Source: Octopus bimaculoides (Eukaryota). Taken from it: a DNA stretch of 64,000 nucleotides. Below, one piece after another: positions 39,123 to 53,178 of this stretch. Under the pieces are notes generated by a model, which saw only the letters and a list, made by a program, of their open reading frames with translations, was not told the origin of the DNA and did not search any database. Position 1 is the first letter of the stretch. Each line of letters starts with the position of its first letter. The stretch lies in NCBI RefSeq assembly GCF_001194135.2, contig NC_068985.1, positions 35,723,154-35,787,153 of the forward strand, in the 5' to 3' direction. The position numbers and the translations under genes were made by a program.

Positions 39123-39677
39123 TTTACTTCCAATATGTTACAAAAATTTTCATTTCTTCTACCTGACAGGAACATATGACAAAAATGCCAGCAATTAGTT
39201 ATTTATGATATACTAAGGTTCATAACAGACTGACACAATTTATGTGGCTAGATTCTTCTAACAAACTTCTTGATCACAATTAAAGTAGCATCAGTCACAT
39301 TCTCAAAACCTGTCCAGTTTTTTAAGAATCTGTGATTGTAAATGGATTTCATAAGATGACTAGTTATCAAATAAACCATTTTCTTTTATAGCTTCATACT
39401 TTATGGATAAGATAACCCGGTTAACAAAAATCAATGACACTGTAACTAGACTGAGCAGGCCACTAGATGTTTGATATCCAGAATATCATATAATGGATAT
39501 ATAATTGCAAAAGCACTCTATCTACATTTTAATAAGTGTCAGAACAGAATTAGCCTCTTGTAACCTCTTAGATGACCAGATGTTTGATCACTATTGCTTG
39601 TTGATTTCTTTATCTCTAAATTTAATCTCATTTAAGTATCAAAAGTTTAGAGATTATATAAAAAAAATAATCCTCAA

Positions 39678-39850
39678 GCATGGCTGTGTGGTTAAGAAGC
39701 TCACTTTGCAACCATGTGATTTTGGGTTCAGTCCCACTGTGCAGCACCTGGGGCAAGTAACTACTATAGCTCCAGGCTGACCAAAGTGTTGTGAGTGAAT
39801 TTGATAGACAGAAGCTGTATAGAAGCCTGTCATGTGTGTGTGTGTGTGTG
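39678..39850 (+). mobile_element. tRNA-derived SINE head and body
   Basis: gcatggctgtgtggttaagaagc...gggttcagtcccactg...ctactatagc. Confidence 0.82.
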
Positions 39851-39854
39851 CATA

Positions 39855-40260
39855 TCTATATACAGAAATAGCAATTTCTGTTTGTGGCTGTGTGCGTTTG
39901 TGAATTTGTTACTTTAACTTCTCTGAGACTATCCAACCGATCTTAATGAAACTTGACTTGTGTGTGGAGCTTATGCCCATGCGGTCACTTATGCACTTGG
40001 AACTTCAAAAAAATCGATAATTTTTAATCAGCATCGTTTTTTTCAAAAATCAATAGGATATTTCAATGCAAATTCTTGTATGAATGTTATTTTCTGTCAT
40101 AACTTTTAAAGTTTTCAACCGATTTTCTTGAAATTTTATACACAGATGGAATGTGCTAAGGGGTTGAGACAAATAGATTTTTACCTAGGCCACTCAAGCA
40201 AAGTGTAAGATGATTTTTGATGTTTTGATTAATGATATTTGGCCTAAATTGTTGTGGGAT
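39855..40260 (+). mobile_element. Helitron-like non-autonomous element (right end not defined)
   Basis: A|TCTATATA start; repeated aaccgat(c/t)tt..tgaaa(c/t)tt cores; no clear CTRR terminus found. Confidence 0.5.
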
Positions 40261-40963
40261 TAAAATGTTCATCAATTATTTTAACATTCTCAGGTTGCTG
40301 TAGCATGAATTTTCTTAACACCTCACTTAAAATTATCGATTCTAAATGTTGCAATGTTGTGTGCTAAAACATGTAACATGTATTTTCTTAATACCTGCAC
40401 TTAAATTTGTTAGTTCTAACCATTGCAATCAATATTTGATTCTCACGATCAGTGGAACTTTACCCATGAAACACAGTCATCAAATTAAGTGCATGTGCAT
40501 TTAAAATTTTCTCTCGGGCTGCAAGAGAATTTGCCCAAAAATGATACAAATTGTCACTTTTGTATGCTTTTTGTTTCTCATAGCATCTTACAACTCTTAT
40601 GACCGCCTTGTTGTCGCCTCTGCACTCCAGCTATTTTTGTAAGTATAAAATCTCTTTTCTCTAAATAATTTTTTGCTTACTTTTCAAACTTTTATGTTCT
40701 TTCTTACACAGCACTCCTTTACAATTCCCTTCTTCATGTTTCCATTGAATATATATTTGCAGCTTTCCAGTCATCTGACCAAACGATTGCCATTTTCTAA
40801 TTCCATACGTATTGATTTGTATTATTGTTTCATGGATGAATTTGCTTATGCTTTCCATTATCTGTCCTATGTGTTGATTTCATTTTTCATCTGAGAGAAA
40901 TTAGACATTGTAATGGGTAGTGGGAATATCCCTGTTCCTGGGTATTACTGGGTACCTCAGCTA

Positions 40964-41066
<103 letters not shown>

Positions 41067-43399
41067 TTGCAAGTTACTTGGTAACATCACTAGTGTTGAT
41101 GGCACAAGAAAAATCACCCTGTACACATTGTAAAGTGGTTGGCATTAGGATGGGCATCCAGCCATAGCAATACAACTGGAACTTTGCAGTTCAGCAAAAA
41201 CGACTGAGAGAATAAGTACTAGACTTTAAAATGATAACTGGGATTAAGTTACTCGATTAAACCCTTCAATGTGGTGTCCAACAACTAAAACAAGTAAAAG
41301 AATAAAACTCCATGTCATGATACATATAAAAGAAAAAATCCTAACATTAAGATTGCCTTTAGCCTAAAGATACCTAATGTATGGAAACTTAACTGACATA
41401 CTTGTAGTGAGGTAAAAAAATTTCATCCATTAAAATTACACCCATACTGATAAAAACAATTATTATTAACATGTCTAATTCTGGTTGAGACCCCTCCACA
41501 CACCCCAAATAACACCGGACTTCATCAGCGAAGCATGGTTTACCTGTGATTGCTAGCTTTTAAAATAATAAAACCTTAGTTAAAACAAACCAACAGGAGA
41601 TGAACCGAAAGTCTCGTGAGATATCCCTACTTGTGCTTGTAAACTTATATATTTCGCTATTTAAATCTAAATGATAAGGCAATCCATTGTTAAATTTGTC
41701 GAAAGCTGTTTTTGGTTTAATTTGTAATTTACTTTCCATTATTGTTGTTTTATACATTCTGCTTACACCAACTGTTACCCAAGCAAGACGAACAGTCAAA
41801 ACTTAAATTGGAGACTTGCTTGAATCTTTACAAAACTAGTGGACCAAGATAATCCGAATTGTATAAAATATCTAATTTTTGATTGTCAATAACAGAAGTC
41901 TGCGAAGTATTCTAGTTGATTTACAAATCTTAATGTACTGTCAGCGATTATTTCACGAAAACCGAAAATATATAACAATTTTCAGAAGCGTTCTCATCCA
42001 GAGTGTCGGAATTTTCTTCGAACCAGAATTATTTCCAGTCTTCCAAATTTTTGCCTCACCTCCCAAAGACCAATCTCAGATCCCCAAACCCTCAAGCATG
42101 GCTGTGTGGTTAAGAAGCTCACTTTGCAGCCAAGTGATTTTGGGCAAGAAGTAATGAAACGATTTGATAGTAACACAAAGCAATAATTACAAAATAGCAA
42201 CTGCAATCTCAACGTATCAAAAATGCACACAACATATGGTCGTGAAGATATTCAGGTACTTTGGGCGGAGTTTCAGCTGATCCACCCAACTCTTATACGT
42301 TGTCATTATAGAGTTATGTCCCTTATCTCATTAACGCTTACATATAACTTGTAATAAATATATATAAACAATTCTGTATATGTGTGTATTTTTATATTTA
42401 TTAATGAGATTGTAGTAATTGACGCAGATAAATAGAAATATGCTTCCGTGAAAGTTCATATTTTTTTAAACTTTAAGACAGGTGTATATCAGTCTCTATA
42501 CATTCTTCTTTAACTCGTCTCTTAACATTTATTCATAATGTTTGTTTTTGATACAGAAAAATAGTTCATCTACGACTCCGCAGCAGTACTCAATAAGATA
42601 AAATAAATATATACACAAGAAGCACTGTAAAGGTAAACTACCAGAAAAAAAAGAAAGAATTCGTGACTCAGCTTTTAAACTTTTAGTAATATTAATTCAT
42701 TTACGCAATGTCACTAAAAAAAAAAGGAACGAATATCGCTCAGATTCATTTGTTTTTATCTACAAATCCCAGGTTTGTGCTTATTAAACATCAATAAATA
42801 CATAAAAGTTTATAGGAGTAATTGAAAACAACGGTTGCAAAGATAAAATCACAAATAAACTATCTCTTGTACGTGTGAAATATTGTATCAACAAACACAC
42901 AAACCTATCCTATTACAAAACCGAGTCACATAGGAGGCTTAACGCGATCACTCGACTTGCTACAAGTAGCAACCGAATATTCTTCACGTCTTGTCTTACA
43001 AAAAAAAAAAAAAAAAAAAAAAGAATACACACTGTCTGAAACAAAACGAGATGGTCATGGCTGGAACGCCTTTGCTCAGTAGGCTCTAACAATACACTAA
43101 CCTGAATTAAGTTGCGAGTGAACATATTTGCCGCGTAATATGAGATAGAATTAGAAGGTTGGAGGGATATGAGAATGAAAGAAGGTTTTAATGAGGGCAC
43201 GTGTTGACATGCAGGAAGTGTTATCAGAATAGCAACAGCTTCGAAACAAACAATAAAATAAAATATTTCAAGAAAAGTATTAGTAAAAAAAATTGGGGGA
43301 ATTTCCAAATTTGACAAAAAATAAATAAGGTAGTTAATGAAGTTAATAGCCTTCTATCTTAAAGCTATTAATATTTCTATATAGTTTTGCTTCTTGTAA

Positions 43400-44800
43400 C
43401 AACTACGATGAGTACAATGGTTTGGGAAATATCGGCATTAATTGCGCGGTTTTCGTTTCTAATTTCAGTATTTCCTTTCAGTTCGTCATAACAAAGAGAA
43501 AAAAATACTTGTTTGGAATGAATGGAAAAAAACTAATCAGTTTTGAAGTCGAATTGTTCTGTATTTTTAAAAATTATGCGTTACTATAAGCTTTTTTTAA
43601 ACATATTTCGATTCCCGATTGTTGCAACTTCTTTTCATATTCACCAGACTATCTTTTTGTCTTACAATCTTACGTTTTCTTTCCCCTAACCCTAACCCTT
43701 ACCTTATAAGGCTACCCACGATGAAATTTTGATTTTCCCAAATTATGTTAGAAGAATCCAAATAAATTATTCGTTTTAGTTGATACATATCACGATTATC
43801 CAGTTAACTGTGAATCTATAATTCTGGGAAGATTTTGTGCTAGTAGATCGACATGAAGTTAAGTTCCAAATTAACTGGTATGCACTTGCACATATATAGA
43901 TGCATATGCTGTAAGAGTCCCAAGTTCTTATATAGCTAGTTGGAAAAACTTTAAACAACAGGTTATCCAAGCGAGTGTATACATATAACTTTTTTTATGT
44001 ATAACTTTTATTTTTCAGAAGCATGTATATATGTATACGCGTGTATAAGTGAAGGGCCTGCGAATGTCATGGGCACATTTTCTTCCTCCCGGCCGAAATT
44101 ATTATTAAAATGAAAATTGAACACTATTATAAAATAACTGGTTAATGCTGAAGCATTATTGATCACGTCTGCTTAATTGAGTTGACTTGTGTCTTGACAA
44201 AAATACTATTTCGTATAATTTGAAATCGTAAGACGAAAATAATTTCCTCACTATCCTGACTATTCTGATGTATTTTTTTTTCTTTTGCTGAATACAATAC
44301 TTTAATGGATGATAGTTAAAAGTTGTAATATTAAGCCCTCCCTCAAGTGACAGGGTACCAAGAGGTACCCTATGCATTCAGGCCAGTCAAGACTTGTGAA
44401 TGAAATGAATAGGTGAGAATTATGCAGTAGCCCAATTGTACGGACTATACGCTGTTTTTAACTGAAATCGTGGTTCGGTTTAACTGAAATCGTGTTTTTT
44501 TGGTACCTTTAGTACAGTCCACTCTGTTGCAAGCACTTGGAGAAGGGCTTCGATTTGTGAATAACTCTCCCCATTTCCCAACAGTCTCGGAAATCTTCAA
44601 AGGTTATGGTAGCTACTCTTACTCTGACTAAGCCTTATAATATATACATACAAACATGCGAGAAAATTTGGGTGTGTGCGCCGGCATTCTTGAATGTAAG
44701 GAATGGGCACTAACAGTAGAAAAAAAACATGCAAGTTATATCGAACGAAAATTTAGCGCTCATCCAGTTTCTCGGAAAGAATTCTCGCAGTTTTGATGCC
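43400..44800. promoter_or_regulatory. CpG-enriched putative promoter region upstream of SSBP1, possibly divergent
   Basis: Visibly more CG dinucleotides than the flanks; strong minus-strand donor AAG|GTAAGG at 43702 and plus-strand donor AG|GTGAGA at 44413. No TSS data. Confidence 0.4.
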
Positions 44801-46909
44801 TTAGAATCTTTAACTTTGTAACTGATAAAGGCTAAATTTTCATTTGTCCTATCGTTTATGTGTTTTTATTATTTAAGTCTATTAATAATGATGAAAAAGT
44901 AATTCAGAAAGGGAGGTACCTGTTTGTTTTTCTTATATACAGATATGAAAAGTTAGAATTTTTCTAAGAAAATGGTAGAACATTGCCTATCTTGATTTTT
45001 ATGTAATGTCTAGCACTGGAGAGTTTCAAAATTCTTGTTAGTAAAATGAATTTTTTCATCTTAAGGATTACAAAACAATTTTCTTTTACTCCATTCACAC
45101 TCAGAAATTAAAAAATTTCATTTTGGACAAGATTGGATTTTGTTCTTTCCAAAGATATTTACAGCCTAGTTGCTTTCATCATTTAATTTTTCCATTTGGT
45201 TCTTACCATCTCTTTCAAAGTTAGCTTAACTGTCATGAACCAGTGTGAAGTTTTTGGCATATTTTCAAATCATTACTAAACAGTAACACATCAGTATTTC
45301 ACAATCATAACGCACCAAAACATGTTTCCATAAACAGATTTCATTTGAATAGTTGTTTCCTGACTAGTTGTGATGCATTTATGCATAAATAATTCATATA
45401 TTACATCAAGTTCTACATGTGCATGCATACCTAGCTCATATTCTTGCTATTCTGATAAGCTTGGCCCTTCATAGATCTCAACATTCTCAGAAAAATTTTG
45501 AGTGAGATTGTTTAAGAGTTACTTTTCTCATGCAAACTGACTTAGAATGAAACTCATCATGCCATTTAAATTAAGAATCGTTTTCTATACAACAAAGTTT
45601 ATTTGTAAGTGGTGCATAACTTTTTTTAATATCAGTTGGTGATACTATAAATTTTTAATGCATACAAAGTCTTTTTATTTTTGCACCTCATTTTAATTTT
45701 GTCTTCAATTCTTTTCACTTGCTTTCCTATTGTTTCAGCTGTTTTATGCATTTATAGAGAAGTTGGTATTATGAATGCCACCACCTAAATTTCACATAAT
45801 TTTTTTAATATTAATTTATCTTTGGTCTCTGATGACCATGAAGCAATTTGAATTCAGAAAAAGAAAACAATAAATATTACAAATTCAAAAAAATAAAAGG
45901 TAAAATAAGGAAAATTAGTTCAACATAAAGACTTGCTTTCTAAAAACATTTGGTTGACCAGCCTGTAGTATTTAAAAGAATAAACCATATAGAAAAAAAG
46001 TAGAGAAATAAGATAAATAAATCAATAAATAAACTAATAAATAGAATGCAAAGTATGGAGAAAAAACAAGAAAAATGAGGTTTAAAAATCGAAATGAGAG
46101 AGCTGGTTTGTAATAATATGAAGTCTGCACATATACTGTATGTACTTCCTACATAATACTAAAAATTAATGAATTAGCTTTAACCAGAATGCACAATTAA
46201 TACTATTGTTATTAGGAAAACCCTTCTAGGTCTTCTCCCTCTAATTAGTATAACTTCTATTTTTCTGTTTCTGTATTTTTGCATTACTTGGTTTATCTAA
46301 TCCCAGTTCAACTGGGTTGATTTTTGAGTAGCTGTTAAGTCTTACCATATACAGATAGTAATGGTAAATATGATTAGCATACTTCTTTAATCTGTGAACT
46401 AATTAACTCTAAATCTTTCTGATAAATTAGTTATATGATGTCCACAAATGTACCATTGATCCTCCCTATAATTATACGAGTAATTAAACTATTAGCATGT
46501 ACTGTAGTATGTTAATAATACTACCATTTAACTTTAAAATGTAGCCCTCTTCATTTCCTTCTAATTTTATGTTTCTCATACTTTATTGTATTTTATTTCA
46601 TTTTATTTATTTTCTTCTATTTGATTTGATTACATCTGTTTCCTTACCTTTAGCTTATCGTCTTAAATTACATATTAAATCATGACTATAGTATAATATA
46701 GCCTAACTCTTACAATTGGTTGTGCGATTGCTTAGTAAAGTACAAATGAATCATTATATATATTTGTAGGTGTGTCAATATCTTGTGTATGTGTGAATAT
46801 GCATGAATAATAATACAGACTGATTTGGACACTAAAAACAAAATGATGAACTTCTACTTTTCATGAAAGTAGAAGTTTCATATAGATATTTTGTGCAAGA
46901 AATTGTGTG

Positions 46910-46941
<32 letters not shown>

Positions 46942-47861
46942 CATGTGTATGCAAAGGTGTATGTACGAATGTGCTTGAGAATATTCATATGTATGTGTAA
47001 CATGATACTGATATTAGTGGTCTTGGAATGACATGGCTGTCCTTCCAAATCAACTGTGTGTGAAATTCAAACAGTTTAGACCATTTTCTTTACTCTGCAC
47101 TTAATTACCTCTACTGAAACAAATGATGATGATGATGGTGGTGGGGGTCGTTGTTGTCTCCTCTCATAGTCTGAGAAAGGCAAGTCTGCAATTTGTTGCT
47201 GAACAACTGCACAAATATGTTTATAGTGATCAAATGTATGTGCTGTACATCAAAGCAATGTTGCTTGAACAGGTGGATGGCGTACTACACATCAGATGTC
47301 AAAGTGATCACAGAGCAATGTGTGATAAAGTGTTTCGTTCAGAAAAAAATGAACCACCCAGTCCAGGAATTGAGATAGTGAGTGCAACACTGTAACCACT
47401 TGACAATGCACTCCTAATACTGAAACAAATACATTACAGTTAACAAACCAGTCCTCTGATCTTGATTTTAAAACTTTTTTCTTTTATCCTCTCTACTTTA
47501 CATTCTATTTATTTGTTTATTTATTCATTTTATTATCTTAATCTCCATCTTTTTTTTATTTATTCAATTACATACTACAGAATGGTCAACCAAATTTTTT
47601 TAGAAAGCAAATCTTTATGTTGAATTATATTTTAAAAATTTTATTGTTTTTATTTTTGTATTCTTTTTCTGAATTTGTATTGATCTAGTCATTGCTACAT
47701 TAAAGCAATCCACATATGGTAATCTGCCAAATATATTTATTGTCTGTGGATATATAATGAGACTGTTTGTTATTTGTAGCAGGGTTGATGTTTTAACTTG
47801 CCATGAAATGTTTTAAAGAGTAGTCCTGTTACGACACATATATGGGTGTGTAGGCATATTT

Positions 47862-49626
47862 TTTTTTCATGTTTCTGCCTGAGGGCTGCGGCTATGCAGG
47901 GGCACTGCTGTTAGCTTTGCTACACTTTCTCTAAACCTCCTTTGATGTGTGGTATTTTCGTGAATGAGGGGGTTTGATGCTGCTGCTCTTATCTGTGTGT
48001 CTTGCTTTGAGGTAGGTTCATCCAGAACTCTTGACTGAAGGAAATCCAGTTTTGTTTTGAAAACACCTACATCCATGCCATGCAGGTCTCTCAGGCTTTG
48101 TGGGAGGATATGAAAAGCTGTGGGCCCTTGAAGCCCAGGCTGTTGCAGTATCTGGTCCTCTATCCTGATGGCAATGTTGGGATTTTTGGTTCTATGCAGT
48201 GGTATCCCATCCTGCTGTTTGTGTACCAAAGTTTGGTACAAGTTCTGTGATTTTCCAGATGTATGTCACTGAGTACCTTTCCCACCTTCATTCTAAGGAC
48301 TAGAGTTTTAACTTTTTCAGTCTCCCAGTAGCTGAGCTGTCACATTGGTGTAGCTTCACTGGATTGCCTTGAGTTCAGTTGTTAATTCAACACTGTTTGG
48401 TAACCACTTTAAAAGTTTGAAGGATCTATTCAGCCAGCCATCTGCATTTTATTGCCAACTTACTAATATGCACCTGGAAAGATACATTATATTCATGTCC
48501 ATGCCCAGGTCATGCACTAATTTTAATTCAGGGATTGCAATCCCTCCTGGGCTAGTGTATCCTGTCTGCTTTTCCTTGAGCTTTGTGTGTTGGTAGCGCA
48601 GGGCTTGGAATTTTCAACATTAAACTGCATTTTATTTTCCTCAGCCCACCTGTATACTGTGTCCAGCACTTGTTGCAGATGTGCAACATCTCCAGGGTTT
48701 TGTATCCTCTGAAAAACTTTTGTGTCATCTACATAGCTAGCAAGGGTGATTATCTGAGCAGCTGAGGGTATGTATGAGAGAGCCTCTATGAATAGCAGCG
48801 ACCCCAAGACAGTGCCCTATGGAACACCATTCGTTATTTGTGTTTGCTTGGCCACCACTACCTAACTTCTATCTTTAGAAAGTCATGTAGCCATTCTCCA
48901 AGTTTTCCAACTATGCCAGGATTATGCAGCTTGTGACATATCCTAACATAGTCAACTTTGTCAAAGGCTTTTGCAAAGTTGAGATATATGACATCCATAT
49001 TTGAGTTGTTGAGCAGCTGCTTTAACACCCAGTTGTGCTACAAGAGCTGTGTCAGACAGCTATACCTGGTTAAAAACTGTGTTGGGTATCAGTCAGCAAG
49101 TCATTCTCTTCAAGAAATGCAATTAATTTCCTTCGGATTATTCGTTCCATGGTTTTGCTGATGTGTGAGGTCAGAGAGATAGGTTTATTGCTCTTAGCAT
49201 CTGCTCTGCTTCCTCCTTTATGAATATGGCATATTATTCCCTTCTTCAGTTTGCTCTGGAGCTTACCTTTGGCAAGGAAGCTCTGAAAAAGAAGCTGCAG
49301 TGGTTTTCCAAGGGCTCATTTGCATGACTTGAGAAGGATTTCTGGGAATCCATCAGGGCCAGCAGCTGAGTTTGCACCTACATCATCTATTGGCTTATTA
49401 CATCCGCTTTGATGTTGATGTAATCAATTATTACTACCTGCCTTTTTATATCTGTAGTGGTAAATAATTCTACAGGACTGCTGACTTTCATGTACTGTAA
49501 GGGTGGAGTGAAGAAACTTTTGAATTGTTCATTCAGTGTTTCACTTATCTTCATTGGGTTTTCTGTGAGGGAACCACCTTTTTGAAGGAGTGGCCCTACC
49601 TTGCAATGCACTGAGGCAGTCTCCTT
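47862..49626 (-). mobile_element. 5'-truncated CR1/L2-group LINE (decayed RT) with 9-bp TSD
   Basis: AGPDGFP, DVIYLNFAKAFDKVD, GVPxGTVLGSLLF and YVDDTK motifs; GGCATATTT at 47853-47861 and 49627-49635. Confidence 0.9.
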
Positions 49627-49874
49627 GGCATATTTAAAGAAAATAAGCAGTATGTGTATTTCAATGTGCTAACCTTGTCACACACTGTGTCATGCTGAAT
49701 CACCCTGAGATCTACATTAAGGATACACTTGTCTGTGGAATGCTTAGCCACTTGCACGTTAATTTCACAAGCAAGCTGTTCCATTTATCTTATCACCTGG
49801 GACCCTCGTCGCCGTCACTGATGGAGTGCTTCTTATATATATATATATATGAATATATGTATATCCTTTTATTT

Positions 49875-50062
49875 TTTTTTGTTTCAGTCATTCAACTGCA
49901 GCCATGCTGGAGCACCGCCTTTAGTCAAACAGATCAACCCCAGAACTTATTCTTTGTTAGCCTAGTACTTATTCTATTGGCCTCTTTTTTCCAAACTGCT
50001 AAGTGATTGGGATGTAAACGCACCAACATTGGTTGTCAAGTGATGGTGGGGGAACAAACATA
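49875..50062 (-). mobile_element. tRNA-SINE 3' half
   Basis: gccatgctggagcaccgcc...ggttgtcaagtgatggtggg, reverse of the 63540-63715 segment. Confidence 0.8.
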
Positions 50063-51540
50063 TACATATACATACATATATATATATATATATATACACA
50101 CACATATATATATATAAATATATAGTTTTAGGGAAAAAAACCAAGGTTCATGAACTCATCGATGAAAATCCACTGTCACATATAGAAAAACATACATACC
50201 TTTAAAAATGTAATGGCTCATCTTTTTTGATAAATAACAATCGTTTTAACTGCATTAGTGACATCAATTCATTCAATTAAATAGCACATTCTACCCAGTC
50301 CCAAAGCAGCTACAGTTGGGAATCAATTGTAGCTGTTTTTTGGAACATTGACAGACAAAAGGAAAGCAACAAAACACTCCAAAAATGTATGTATTTGTGA
50401 GTGTGTTTGTGTATGTGTGTGTGTGTGTGTGTCTGTCTGTGTGTGAGAGAGAGAGGAGAGTATGAATGTATATAAAGATAGATAAATAACTTGATAGAAG
50501 GAAGTTATTTATTGTCTCTAGTTCTAATTCCTTCTTTCAACGCATGACTGAACAGTGACCTTAGATTGACCAATGGCAATTAAAGACACACACACACACA
50601 CATACATGCAAATATGCACACTCACACATACACATGCAAATATGCACACATATATTGCCATTGTAAATTTCATTATTTCAATGAGACATTGAAAACTATG
50701 TGTGTGTGTGTGTATGCATGTATGTGTGCGTGTGATTTAAGGGCTATTCAGCTGTTATTTTTAGCATGTCTCACAACCACCTAATACCCTCCTTGTTTCT
50801 TTGATCACTCTAAGATATTGATGCTTTTCAATATCTTTCTCCCCATAAACACATTTAATAATCTATTGCTGGGATTTAAGTAAAAAATTCCGACTGATTA
50901 AAAAAAAAATTTTTTTCATAGTTGTATGAATTCTCAAGTGTAGAACATAAATTCACAAAACTGTTCCAAAAATTTCAAAAAATTAACATTATGAGGAGTT
51001 ACATGGGTTGCTTAAACTAGAATTCTGCTGAGAACCACTCCAGCAGATCATGAAAAAGCTACAGAGAATATTTTATGTTGAGTTTTTTGATTTAGTCAAG
51101 TTTTGTTAATTTCATATCATGACATTTTTCCACGATTCCCTTTCATTTGACCTAGATATTTTAATTTTTGTTGAATTTCTGATCTTTCTGGTTTCTAAGA
51201 ATGGATATTGATGTGTATGAATTTTTTTCAAATGTAATTCTGGAGAACTGAAGAGGCAAATTTACCTTATCTTGCCTTACTCATTTTTCCCCATCTAAAT
51301 TTGCATTTTATATGTGTAAAGAGAATGGAGATAATTTTCTGAAACAATGTTCTGAATATGTTGCAATGCTGCAATGTTTTTAATGCATTTTAGAGAAGAT
51401 AATTTGCTTAGCTGATGTAGATTTTGTTAAATGGTGAGCATTTATAAAAATATTTTTTTCTCAAAGTTAAAAATGCAGTAAATGTTACTCGTTGTGCCCC
51501 ACCACTAGAAACTGGGGGGGGGGGGCACACAGATTTTTGG

Positions 51541-52992
51541 AATATTATTTTTTATTATGGCTGGGTTCCAATCCAGGCTGCAGCAACAAAGTCTACCTGC
51601 CACACTTCTTGGTCCATTATCACTGTTTCAAGGTCCTGGAAACATTCCAGGCCAGTGTCTGCAATCAAGTTGTTGACGTAAGTATGACAATGAATTCCTC
51701 TGCTTACAAGACTAATTTGGCCGCTCCAGCTCAGGGTGATGCATGCTGTGATCAGATAGTCACAGCCATCTTTGCCTGATCTTCTTGCTAACTTTCAGCA
51801 GGTCTCCATAAAGGCAATTCATATGTCATATGTTGCTGCCATTTCACATTTAGAGCCATTTGTAGCATCCTTGGGTAGCATCCATTTAGCCCATTTGATA
51901 ATTTCTTTGTCAGTGTCCATGTTTCACTACCATATAATAGTACTGATTCAACAGTTGCAACGACCAGTTTGATTTTGATTTGCCTGGGAAATTTGGAGTT
52001 CCAAATTTTCTTTAGTTTGTGACTGGTTGTCCATACTTATGCCTTCCTGATCTCAACGCCTGCTTCCAAACTGTTCACTTAACCACCTAAGTACTTGAAG
52101 TCTTCAACAACAATCAATTTGGAGCCACTTGATTGCTTGAAAGACATGTATTCTGTTTTCTTGACATTTGTGAACAGTACTGTCTTAGCAGGTGATGTCA
52201 TTACGCTACTGAGCAGCTTTTGAGCATGATCAATTAGATATGAGTTCTGTGTCATCTGCGAAGTTCAGGTCTGTGATAGTTACTGCTGGCACTCACTATG
52301 ATCTTTGCCGGTCTATGATGAAACCAAGGTCTTCATCACTGTTGTCTGTTGGATCATGCATTGCATAATCCAATACAGATATGGTGCAAATGTATCTCCT
52401 TGTAGCACCCCAGCTAGTATTTGAAAGAAGCCAGTGTCAAGAGTTGACTGAAAAAGGTAAAAACTGCTGGCCCTGATGAAGTTATCAAGAGGTGCAATCT
52501 GGATGGAATAATACTGGATTTTGCTAATAAGCTGTTGCAGAACCAAGAAAATCCAGATCAGTGGTCTGAGATCAACTTCATACCAATCCGAAAATCAGGA
52601 AACTTCAGCAATGAAACTAACTACAGAGGAATTGCACTGTCCAATATTTCACTCAAAATCATCCACTGAATGATCCTCAACAGGATTTAACAGGTGCTTG
52701 ATAGTCATCTGAAACTAAATTAAAATGGATTTAGACCAGGGAGATTCACAACATTTCAGATCTTAACCCTGTGGCGTATCATAGGAGTCAAATCAAGACC
52801 ACTACCCACCATTATAACCTTTATGGACTCCAGCAATGGGTTTGACAGCATCCATCATTACAAAATGTTGAAGATCCTTTGAGCATATGGCATTCTAGAA
52901 GAACTAGTTCTTGCCATTGCAAAGGCCTACAAGAAGACCAGAATTTGTGTCTTGTCATCTGATGGAGAAATGGAATTCTTTCAGAATAGCTG
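51541..52992 (-). mobile_element. Decayed RTE-clade LINE with an inverted 5' segment
   Basis: Minus 52450-51541: FFQILAGVLQGD...DLNFADD...C-terminus. Plus 52451-52992: AGPD..PDQW..IPIRK..NYRGIAL..GFRPGR..DGEMEFFQ. Confidence 0.85.
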
Positions 52993-53135
52993 CCCCATAT
53001 ATGTTGGAATTTCCTCACTTTTGTCAGGGTTTTCCCTTTTTTTCATGCATTGCAAAACAATGAAAGGAAGCTTTTTTAAAACAAAAGTTTTAAAAATCCA
53101 TTTCTTTTAAATGTTTGTCTCTCATTCACCCCAAC

Positions 53136-53178
<43 letters not shown>

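Noticed and set aside
42913-43317. 134-aa minus-strand ORF
   Set aside because: It crosses a poly-A run and SINE-like fragments and shows no domain similarity.
43683-43702. Interstitial telomere
   Set aside because: Only about three TTAGGG-type units, too short; kept only as a G-run/splice observation.
51521-53010. TSD around the inverted RTE
   Set aside because: Only a weak ttggaat match near both ends, not at consistent boundaries.
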